Shown here piece after piece: positions 1-9,546 of a stretch of 64,000 nt of DNA (the first letter of the stretch is position 1; every line of letters starts with the position of its first letter). The DNA is from Neocallimastix sp. 'constans'. Taxonomy: Eukaryota. The stretch spans positions 1,364,001 to 1,428,000 of the forward strand of contig JBODTK010000015.1 in assembly GCA_050613775.1 (NCBI GenBank), given 5' to 3'. The translations under genes were made by a program, and so were the position numbers. The notes under the pieces were generated by a model. It was not told the origin of the DNA. It made no database searches and was given only the letters and a program-made list of their open reading frames with translations.

Positions 1-165
1 GTTTTTTTTTTTTAAAAGAAAATTAATGAAAAAAAAAAAGAAATTAAAGATAAAATAAAAATAATTAAAAAATAAATTCGTTAGTATGTAAAGATAAATA
101 TAAATATATAAATATTATAATTATTAATATATATTTTTTATTATTTGATGAATAATAAAATTTAG

Positions 166-363
166 AAATGTTATTCAGATGGTTATTCCTATGGTCGTAA
201 CGTAACTAACAGAGTTGATGGTATATTTCCAACTTGTTGTCTTTCTTCAATGGATGAATCTATTGATCAAGGAGCTATTCAGGATTGGGTAAATTATGGA
301 ATGGCTTCCTATAAGAAGAGAACTACTTCACTTTATTTAAATGATATCACTTATAAGCTTTAA
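166..363 (+). CDS. Terminal exon of an SH3-domain protein (rest of gene upstream of the window)
   Basis: After acceptor TTTAG (161-165) the frame reads KCYSDGYSYGRNVTNRVDGIFPTCCLSSMDESIDQGAIQDWVNYGMASYKKRTTSLYLNDITYKL* (TAA 361-363). YSDGY..G.N.....G.FP is the C-terminal half of an SH3 domain and resembles YSDGWAAGYNINRKSYGAFPMICC in the 42989 ORF. Confidence 0.8.
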   Translation, partial: KCYSDGYSYGRNVTNRVDGIFPTCCLSSMDESIDQGAIQDWVNYGMASYKKRTTSLYLNDITYKL

Positions 364-1280
364 GTGGTTTTTTTATTGATATAAGCAATTTAAGTTCTTT
401 TCTTAAAGAATTTGAAATTAAAAAAAAAAGAGAAAAAAAAAAAAGAAAAAAAAAAGAATATAAATTTTTATTTTTTTAAATTTATATTTATTTTTATAAA
501 ATATATAACTTAACCGAATATCTCCTTTTTCTTTTTATTTTTTTTTTTATTTATTTTTTTTATTGTAAAAATATTTTAGTCATATTTTTATTTTATCAAA
601 ATTTTTTTTTAAAAATAGCAAATTGAATATAAACTATATCCTAATTTTATAAAATTATTACTTTTCTATCTTTTTTTTTTTTTTTTTTTTTTTTATTATT
701 TTTTTTTTATATATATATTTTAATTTAATAATTGATTTTTTAAAAATACAAATTTTTATTATTATTATTCAATATAATAATAAAATGAAAGTATAATATA
801 TATAGATTAAGAATATTATTAAATATAAATTATAAAAATAAATAAAAGAAAGTTATTATCACATTAAAAATTTATATATATATATATATAAAGAAGAAGA
901 AAATGATAAGATAAAATTTTATAGAATTATAAATAATATCAGCAATAAAAAAGTAGAAGTATTAATATATAGATATTCTTTATTTTTTTTTTATTGTTTT
1001 TTTTTTTTTTATATTTTAATTCTTTTATATTAATAATATATATATATTTTATAACTAATTCAGTAAATATTATTTTTTTATTTTTTATAAATTTATTTAA
1101 GTTAAAATATAAATTTTATTTTTTATATTAATATTTATATAAAATTCTACCTATTTATTACCCCTATTAAAATATATTATAAAATAAATAATAAAAACAA
1201 ATAAAATAAACAAAAAAAAAAAAAAAAAAAAAAAAAGATACGAAATAGTAATTAATTAAATAGGATATTTAGTTTTATAT

Positions 1281-1312
<32 letters not shown>

Positions 1313-1333
1313 AAAATAAAAAAATATTGTTTT

Positions 1334-1537
1334 AAACTGGATAAGTGGTAACATTGGAGTTGCATAATTAATAATACCATGTAATTTTACTTTAGCATTA
1401 TGAAAATATTAGTATCGTTACTAATAATGTGTTGGTGAATAGGTCAATTTAGTGAAAATAGTGTTAATATTGAAGTGATAGTAAAAATAATAATTTTATT
1501 TTTTATTTTTTTTATTTTTAATTTCAAATGAACTTTT
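1334..1537 (+). mobile_element. Left part of an older, internally deleted LINE derivative, interrupted by LINE-A
   Basis: 1334-1400 resembles 1718-1820 in the LINE-A leader (aaactggata.gt.gtaacattggagttg.ataattaataata.catgta...tttagcattat). 1402-1470 resembles the LINE-B 3' coding region at 6593-6660 and 12220-12283. It ends in the left TSD copy. Confidence 0.55.
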
Positions 1538-4500
1538 TCCAGGTCCATGGAGGGTTGATGGAAAAGGAATAACCTATATCAGGTGTACTAATTACAGCTT
1601 TCTGTGATTCTGATGATAATCAATGGTTGTCCTTTCTAAAGTGGCTTCTAGTACGAAGAGAGAAATCTGGAATACTGGAAGACTGTAGAAAGTGAACTTG
1701 ACGTTCTATAATGTCTTAAACTGGATATGTAGTAACATTGGAGTTGTATAATTAATAATATCATGTAGTTTCTACATATTATCATTGTAATGAATCTATT
1801 GTATTTTTTACTTTAGCATTATTTTGTATATGTTTTTTTCTATAGTATTATTTATACTCTCATGTAGCTATTGTAAAATGGAAATGTAGGAGATTGATTC
1901 ACTCCAAAGCTTATGTTTGAGACATTATTTTACGGATGGGAATCTTTTTATAGTTTTTCACAACTATTATTTCATTAACATTTAAATTTTATATTATATA
2001 TGATTATTTTACAGAAATTTTTACATAAAACAGGAATTTATAATTGAAAATCATTAATTAAAAACTAGTCAACACAAAAAGAAAGAATAACAAACAAGTT
2101 TTAGTAAACAATATTCACGAAAGAGAAGACAACAGCAATAAATTTTTATTTTTTTTTTAATTTTTTAATTTTTTACTAATTTTATTTTTTTATTTTTATA
2201 TTACACTTACCTTTTATTAATATAGATAAGTTTTTTATTTTATTATGTCAACTATACGAAGAGGTCTGCGACTTTATGGTCCTGACCATGATAAATTTGT
2301 TTTAATTTTCATTAATGATCTTGAATCTTGGACTGAAAGTAGACTATGGGAATTTTTAAGCAAAAAGATATCAAATTGTAATGAAGTTGTTCATGGAATC
2401 GTTAAAAAACACTATATTAATATGGAAAACTACTTCATCCTAAGAGTTAACTATAATAATTATACGGATTATTTGAAGGTTATTTATTTGATTACTAAGC
2501 ACTTACCTGTTAAAAGAATAAAATGGAAGATTATTTCAAGGATACGCACATACACATATAGCAATGTTAATCATAATAGAACCAGGTATTATTCTGAACC
2601 CTCAATCCCCATCTCTGAAAGCCTCCTGTATGCTAACCCTTTCTCGAATACTAAATATTTTAACCTCTGTATTAGCTGGAACATAAATGGTTGGAATTCT
2701 GAAAAACGTGACGGACTAACCAATTTTAATTCAATCTTTAATCCTATTTGTATTTGTCTTCAAGAAGTCGGTAATAGTTCATTCCTTAACTCCTTTTCTA
2801 ACTCATATCCATTTCTTAATCATTATAGAACAGTACTGAGACGTGCGGACAAAAAAATCCCTGGTATGAGGGGCCTTTATATAGGTGTGCACTCCTCCTG
2901 CCAATTCACTAATGATGATTTTGAATATAGATATATACTCTCAGTAAATATATTCTCTTTTTGGGGTGTCAGATGTTCTTTAGGGAACATTTACATCCCT
3001 AGCAAAAAACACAAAGACTCTAGAGAAAAAGCGGAAACTGATTTTGCTAATTGGCTCAAGAACCATCAGAATAACCCTTCGGCTATTGTTGGTGATTTCA
3101 ACATGACTAAGCAACAACTCAAAGATCTTATTCTTAGAATTTCCCCTCAATGGTTTGTTATGGATATGGTTGGTCATCAATTTACTTGGTCTAATGGTGG
3201 AAAGAATTCTTGTGTTGATTTTATAGTAGTGAACGATAAATTAAGAAATTATCTGAATATTGCTTCTGTATGCTACTCTTTTAATGACATCTCTGACCAT
3301 TTACCACTTATTCTTTCTTGTAAAAAAATATCTCCTGATGGTTTTGTTACTCCCCCTCGGGATAAACAAATTAAGTGGTCTAATCGAATTTGTAGGGATA
3401 AACGTGAAGCAATCTTCTCTCATAATAAATTCACATGTTTACTGGATGAATTTGAACATAATGATAATCTAGACTCTAATACAATGGTTAAAAAACTTCT
3501 TGACACAGCAAATAAAATAGGCGATGACATTCAAGCAAGAGTTCCTACAAATTTACAGGGTTCAGCGTTCCATTGTCCTGCTTATATTAAGAAATTATCA
3601 CATGAAAAACATTTATTTTATAAAAGGATTAAAAATTTTAAACTTCGTAATGATTTGTCAAATCTTCAAGAATTTTGTGATCTCTCAAAAGAATATAGAG
3701 TTCTTTCTGATTATATCATTAGTATTAAAAGAAATATTAGGAATATTAGATTTAAAAATTTGATTCATTCCTTCGGCGAATGTTTCTTAAAAAATGATGC
3801 CCAGCGTGGTTGGTCTGGACTTAAGAAAATTTCTAAACCTTCTTACTCTCCTTCTCAATCACCTGTATACATTAAAGATAAAGAAGGTAATGTTCTAGTA
3901 TCCCAAGAAGATCAACTCAATCGTTTTGCAGAACACTATGAAGAACTTGCTTCTGATATAACTGGTCACAGTCTTAATGAAAATTATTGGAAAAGAATAC
4001 TTAATAATTCTTCTACTCCTCAGGAATCATGGGATATTAATCAACCTATTTCCATGTCAGAAATTCATTCAACTGTTCTTTCAATGAAAAATAACAAAGC
4101 ACCTGGTCCTGATGGTATACCTACAGAATTTTTTAAAGCATTTTTTAATTCTGAGAGTAGAAATTCTTCTCAGGATGACTCTAATCAAGAGGTTACTTAT
4201 TCCGATTGTGCAAAGTGTCTGTTATTACTTTTTAATAAAATTTGGGATGGTGACTTTCCTAATGAATGGAACTCTGCTTCTATTGTTTCTATTCCTAAAA
4301 AAGGGGATCTTTCAGATTGTAATAATTATCGTGGTATTTCACTCATCAATGTAGGTTTAAAAATTCTATCAAAAATTGTCACTAAAAGAATATCGGACTA
4401 TGCTTTTTCTAATGGAATAATTAGACCAGAACAGTTTGGTTTTAGAAATAAAGAAGAATGTATTAGTTTATTTGTATCCATTCGTGAAATTTGTCAAAGA

Positions 4501-6433
4501 AGAAAATTTAAGGATAAATTTACCTTTCTTGCCTTTCTTGACCTTAAAAAAGCTTATGATTCAGTTCCAATTTACAATATACTTACTAAACTAAATAATC
4601 TTGGTATTCGTGGTAAATGCCTTCAATTCATTACTAATCTATACCTTACCTCGAAAGCTCGTGCAAATTTTAATGGTAAACTTTCAAAAGAATTTCCAAT
4701 ACACCGTGGTGTTCGCCAGGGGTGTCCTCTCTCTCCTATTTTATTCAATATATTTATCAATGATATTTTTGATAAATGTAAAAGTTATGGTGTGATTACT
4801 GAAAAGAAAAAGTGTTGTGGTGGATTATTTGCTGATGATATTGTATTATTAGCTCCTACAAAATCTTCACTTAAAAACCTTTTGAATATTGCTCATGATT
4901 GGGGTATTAAAAATGAAATGACCTTTGGAATCAATAAATGCGCTACACTAGTTGTTAAACCAAAGAATTTTATTCCTTCAAGACATTATGAAAATCCTAC
5001 ATTTAGACTTGGTATGAACTATATACCAAGCACTAATCAATATACATATCTTGGTATACCCTTTAATGAATCGTTGGATTTAAAACCTATTATTGCTAAG
5101 ATGAATAGTAAAATTAATTATACAGTTAACTCTTTCTTTAGTTTTTTAACCAATAGGAATGTTCCTTTCTACTTTAAAACTCGTATACTAGTTTCTTTTG
5201 TCCTTAGTTCAGTTCTTTATTATGCTCCCTTACTTGGTTCAAATAAAAAGAATACTGAAAAAGCTCAAACTGCTTTTAATCGAGGTTTGTACTGGAGTTT
5301 CGGGTTTAAAAATAAAACCTCCAATACTTCAATTTACAATATGTCTAAGGAACTTTCTATACCTCCTATAGCTAGTTTTTGTGCTAAGGCAATGATTCGA
5401 TGCTTTAAAAAGTGGAAAGATTCTTCTTGTATTATTTCTCATTTAGTCAAAAATATACCTACACTTTCTCACTATTCTTGGACGAAAAAAGCACGGAGTT
5501 TAGCAGTACACAAGCACAATAATAAACTTCCTGGAGAAATAAGGAAGTTTTACTGGGAAAATATTCATTATTCAAGCACTCCTGCGATCAGATCTACAAA
5601 ATACAAGAAATTTAAATTTGGTTTTAAAAAATTTATTCAACGTCTATCACTTAAATATTCACAATTTTCTCTTGGATTTTTTTGGATTGGACGAATTAAA
5701 TGTGGATTCAAATTTGATGTAAAAACGTATGTTAAAAGTAATCTAGTATCAGAAAATTGCCCAACATACTGCCTTTGTTGTGGTGAGAGTAACAGCATAC
5801 CTAGTTTTACACACTGGATACTTTTATGTCCTAAATTTGAAGAATTTAGGCAACATTTCATTCCCTTTGTTGATGAAATTTTTATTAATTTTTCTCTTAT
5901 TGTTCATGAGAAATCATTGAACATTCCTGATGATAAAGAGGAAGATTTTGATGATAATATCAATTTTTACGTGCTGTGTCTCCTTCTTGGCGGAAATGCA
6001 GTATTTGAAATCTTAAAGATCGGCTCGGGGGAAAGAAGGCGATATATTAATAATATTTTTCAATCACCTTCGAACGAGTCTTCTTTCCCGATTTCATATT
6101 TTGTGGGGCTTGCGGAATTCCTTACTAACGTTATGCCTATTGTGATTGGTGATTTTTACACCATGATCGATTTGTATAGTGTTAGACCTACCGTTGTCAA
6201 GAGCGTCGACGTCGTAACGATAAGGCAAAGAAGAAATTCTGATACAGATTCGAATGATAATTTTCATCCACATGGAGTTATCTTCGATGAATGGGAAGAG
6301 TTAGAGGCCTTTTCGTCCTCGAATCTCATAACGTAGTTTTTTAATATTAATATAAAAAAAAAATTTTCATGTATTTAAACTTCATGTATTTTTTTAAAAA
6401 AAAAAAATATTATTAAATAAAGTTTATTCCTAG

Positions 6434-6480
<47 letters not shown>
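1538..6480 (+). mobile_element. Apparently full-length non-LTR retrotransposon (LINE-A), single ORF, APE type
   Basis: Intact 1363-aa ORF. The 3' end is ...aataaagtttattcctaGTCT followed by poly(A) 6437-6480. It is flanked by the perfect direct repeat tttcaaatgaactttt (1522-1537 and 6481-6496; 18 bp if two preceding As are counted), read as the TSD, which implies a ~700 nt 5' UTR. Confidence 0.88.
2245..6336 (+). CDS. LINE polyprotein: N-terminal extension, AP-like endonuclease, reverse transcriptase, C-terminal Cys/His motif
   Basis: APE motifs SWNING, CLQE, NIY, VGDFN, VDFI, SDH. RT motifs KAPGPDG, NYRGISL, EQFGFR, FLDLKKAYDSV, GVRQGCPLSP, LFADD, YTYLG. C-terminal CPTYCLCC...HWILLC. No stops or frameshifts. 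Confidence 0.97.
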   Translation: MSTIRRGLRLYGPDHDKFVLIFINDLESWTESRLWEFLSKKISNCNEVVHGIVKKHYINMENYFILRVNYNNYTDYLKVIYLITKHLPVKRIKWKIISRIRTYTYSNVNHNRTRYYSEPSIPISESLLYANPFSNTKYFNLCISWNINGWNSEKRDGLTNFNSIFNPICICLQEVGNSSFLNSFSNSYPFLNHYRTVLRRADKKIPGMRGLYIGVHSSCQFTNDDFEYRYILSVNIFSFWGVRCSLGNIYIPSKKHKDSREKAETDFANWLKNHQNNPSAIVGDFNMTKQQLKDLILRISPQWFVMDMVGHQFTWSNGGKNSCVDFIVVNDKLRNYLNIASVCYSFNDISDHLPLILSCKKISPDGFVTPPRDKQIKWSNRICRDKREAIFSHNKFTCLLDEFEHNDNLDSNTMVKKLLDTANKIGDDIQARVPTNLQGSAFHCPAYIKKLSHEKHLFYKRIKNFKLRNDLSNLQEFCDLSKEYRVLSDYIISIKRNIRNIRFKNLIHSFGECFLKNDAQRGWSGLKKISKPSYSPSQSPVYIKDKEGNVLVSQEDQLNRFAEHYEELASDITGHSLNENYWKRILNNSSTPQESWDINQPISMSEIHSTVLSMKNNKAPGPDGIPTEFFKAFFNSESRNSSQDDSNQEVTYSDCAKCLLLLFNKIWDGDFPNEWNSASIVSIPKKGDLSDCNNYRGISLINVGLKILSKIVTKRISDYAFSNGIIRPEQFGFRNKEECISLFVSIREICQRRKFKDKFTFLAFLDLKKAYDSVPIYNILTKLNNLGIRGKCLQFITNLYLTSKARANFNGKLSKEFPIHRGVRQGCPLSPILFNIFINDIFDKCKSYGVITEKKKCCGGLFADDIVLLAPTKSSLKNLLNIAHDWGIKNEMTFGINKCATLVVKPKNFIPSRHYENPTFRLGMNYIPSTNQYTYLGIPFNESLDLKPIIAKMNSKINYTVNSFFSFLTNRNVPFYFKTRILVSFVLSSVLYYAPLLGSNKKNTEKAQTAFNRGLYWSFGFKNKTSNTSIYNMSKELSIPPIASFCAKAMIRCFKKWKDSSCIISHLVKNIPTLSHYSWTKKARSLAVHKHNNKLPGEIRKFYWENIHYSSTPAIRSTKYKKFKFGFKKFIQRLSLKYSQFSLGFFWIGRIKCGFKFDVKTYVKSNLVSENCPTYCLCCGESNSIPSFTHWILLCPKFEEFRQHFIPFVDEIFINFSLIVHEKSLNIPDDKEEDFDDNINFYVLCLLLGGNAVFEILKIGSGERRRYINNIFQSPSNESSFPISYFVGLAEFLTNVMPIVIGDFYTMIDLYSVRPTVVKSVDVVTIRQRRNSDTDSNDNFHPHGVIFDEWEELEAFSSSNLIT

Positions 6481-6485
<5 letters not shown>

Positions 6486-6557
6486 AATGAACTTTTCACC
6501 TACATGTATTTTTTAAAATAAAATTAATAAAGTTTTGGAAGTGTATTCTCTTCCCTG

Positions 6558-6592
<35 letters not shown>
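6481..6592 (+). mobile_element. 3' UTR and poly(A) of the older element into which LINE-A inserted
   Basis: Begins with the right TSD copy, then catgtatttttt...aataaagttt...ccctGTCT and poly(A) 6561-6592. This is the same motif order as the LINE-A 3' UTR (catgtattttttt...aataaagttt...cctaGTCT-polyA). Confidence 0.65.
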
Positions 6593-6597
<5 letters not shown>

Positions 6598-7198
6598 AAT
6601 AATAATATCCTTACTAATAATGTAGTGAATAGTTCAATTGGTGAAAATCGTATTAATTTTTTAAGTAATTTTCTGAATAAAAAGTGTGTAATATATATAT
6701 GTGACGTGGTACCCGATTATATAATTTCCTTCTTGGTAGAAGAGATTCAGACATTATTGATTTTTAGATTATAAAAAAGGAATGAAATGTCTTATTTAAG
6801 AAACAAATCATTTTTGGTGATTATTCCAAAACACCATTCTTGGTGCAATCTGTGACTCTCTTTACAGAAATTATGCCCAGGACTAGTACTTGAAAAGGAC
6901 GGCTATTCCAACGTCAACGATGAAAATGCAGTAAGACAAGCCAGTAGGGGCCAATGCCTCTGAAGAAGACGACGATCATAATTTCTTTCAGATAGTCCAT
7001 TCAAACCCTAATCTAGAATAAGTAATCTGGAGGTGAGGATCGTTGCATACGAACTTTTTCTAAATTTATTTATACACATTATTTTGAATATTACTTTTCT
7101 ATATCATGTTACTATCTTAAATTATTATGTTCAAATTGGAAAAATAATGTTTATTTATTAATTCTGTGTTTTTTTTTTTTTTTTTAATAAAAAAAATA
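6593..7198 (+). mobile_element. 5'-truncated copy (3' end) of LINE family B
   Basis: Colinear with 12218-13007 (e.g. gactctctttacagaaattatgcccaggactagtact, gcagtaagacaagccagtaggggccaatgc, cagatagtccattcaaaccctaatc), with frameshifts and stops. Confidence 0.9.
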
Positions 7199-7565
7199 TT
7201 CATGTAATTAATAAATGAATGAATAAATAAAGATTAAAGTTCGCAATAATTGCTGCTGTTATAAAAAAAAATAATTATAATGAATCTGTTGTATCTTTTA
7301 TTTTAGCATTATTTTGTATAAGTATTTTTTTTTTTTTTATAGTATTATTTAAACTTTCATGTAGCTATTGTAAAATGAAAATGTAGGAAATTGATTCACT
7401 CTATAGGCTTGTGTTTAAGACTTTACTTAATGAATGGGGATCTTTTTATTGTCTTTCACTACTAACGTTTTATTTACATCTATATATTTAGTTTATATAC
7501 ATTTATTATTACATACACCGTATTTTTTTTAACCGATCAGAAAACCAAAAATTCAAAGGATAACA

Positions 7566-7693
<128 letters not shown>

Positions 7694-8398
7694 AAAATAA
7701 AAAAAAAAAAAAAAAAAGATTATTCATTACAACAAAATTCTTAAGTTGTTTACTTTACTTAAATATTTTTCAGTTACAATACAAAGAAAAAACTTCATAT
7801 TATTTTATTTATTTTATTTATTTTATTTTTTTTAATTTTTCTAATATTATTTTTTAATATTTTTTGTTTTATATTTATATTTCTTAGTTTTTAGTATATT
7901 AGTTTCATTTTTTACCAGTTTATAATTTTTTGTTCATTATGGAAAAGATATTTCTCCAGGGTTCATGCGATTATGGATCATTTATTGACAACACAAGGTT
8001 GATTTTTGTCCGTGATATACGCTCGTGGACCAATACTAAAAAAATGAAGGAATTTATTCAAGATGTAAGAAATTCAAGGATTAATAATCCTGCCAATGAA
8101 AAAAAAAAAAAAAAAAAAAAAAAAATTACTAAATTCAATGACAGTTTCTTCAGGATTAAAGTATGCACTCCAAATTTCAACCACGACAAATTTGAAAAAA
8201 TATTTGAAAAAGTATTTGAAAAAGAAATATAAGGAGTTAAAATTTCATATTGTAGATGTTCCACTTGGAATCATAAAGCTTCTTTTCAGCATTTAAAACA
8301 AAATTTAATCTCTAATAACACATCCAATTATACTAACTCAGTAAATCTCAGTTTAACTAATTTAGTTAATGTTGTAAATGGCATTCATAATCTTAATG

Positions 8399-8762
8399 GG
8401 GAGAGTTGCATTTCCCCAAATTGCATTTCGCCAGATTGCATTTCGCCAAGTGGCGTAGTATTAAAATGTTGCATTTCCCCAAGTTGCTATTCGCCAGGTT
8501 GCATTTCGACAAGTAGAGTATTGATATAAATAAATGAATAAATAAATAAATATTAATTCAAAATATTTTTTTTAAAATTGTTTTTATGCGATATTAATAA
8601 TATTTAATTTTATTTATTGATTTATTTATTTATTTAATAATTCTCAATTTGGCGAAAAGCAACTTGGCGAAATGCCACATTTTTTTAATACGCCACATGC
8701 TTTCAAAAAAATTGGCGAAACGCAACCTGGCGAAATGCAATTTGGCGAAATGCCCCACACCC
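8399..8762. mobile_element. 364-bp non-autonomous DNA transposon (MITE), Mutator/foldback-like, nested in LINE-B
   Basis: 9-bp TSD atcttaatg at 8390-8398 and 8763-8771. Left end gggagagttgcatttc matches the reverse complement of the right end, gggtgtggggcatttc. Subterminal ~15-bp repeats ttgcatttc(g/c)cca(a/g) on the left are mirrored by tggcgaaa(t/c/a)gca on the right; the centre is AT-rich. Confidence 0.9.
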
Positions 8763-9504
8763 ATCTTAATGCTTCCAATATAACCTAATCTTAATTATCA
8801 AAACCCAATTTCACATTCTAACACAAGAAAGTTTTCTTTTTATCTTTGTTGTAATACCATAGTTGTAATACTAATGGATGATATTTTGTGAAAAGAGATA
8901 GTATTAAGTACTTCAATACGATTTTTAAAAACCATTTATTCTTATTTTTTCAGGAAACAGGTAATGGTACCAATGATGTTAGATATCTATGTAAAGTAAC
9001 ACAAATATTAATATTTCTTGTGTATCATGTCTCATGGCAAGCAGTCCTTTGAAAATAATTCCTATACTCATCTTGTTTCTTTAAACAACATATAGCATAT
9101 AGTCTATGGAATCATTCTAAGTGTTCTGTTGGTAATGTCTATATTACTTATAGAATTATCATTACAAATCTGGATATGCATTCTCTGAAGTTTTCACATG
9201 GCTTCGAAATCACACTATTCATCATCTATTCTTCTTGGAGACTTTTACCATGAGCACCGCTGATTTACAAGACAAATTAGCCAACAGTAACCTTGGTAAC
9301 TGGTTTATTATTCCGATTAATAATTCACCTATTTCATGAACTAGAGGTAGATATTCATCAAGATATTGATCATACCTTAGTCAATTCAAGTATGCAGGAT
9401 AAATTATCAATTGCTTATTTTGTTGACTATCCTTCAATATCTGATCAACAAACCTCTCGTAGTTTATTGCAAGAAAACTACCACAGATGAATCACTTTTG
9501 ATAC

Positions 9505-9546
<42 letters not shown>

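Noticed and set aside
1590..1680. CTGATGA...GAAA in the LINE-A 5' UTR as a hammerhead, or an HDV-like ribozyme at the element 5' end
   Set aside because: I could not build the required stems around the conserved cores by eye; only a small aattacag/ctgtgatt hairpin is evident. An Infernal or RNArobo scan of 1538-1720 would settle it.
2980..5861. Short alternative-frame and antisense ORFs inside LINE-A (similar ones inside LINE-B, PUF and CorA exons)
   Set aside because: Shadows of the real reading frame; no recognisable motifs.
6535..6774. 79-aa ORF spanning a poly(A)
   Set aside because: Chimeric read-through of a poly(A) tail into a frameshifted LINE-B fragment.
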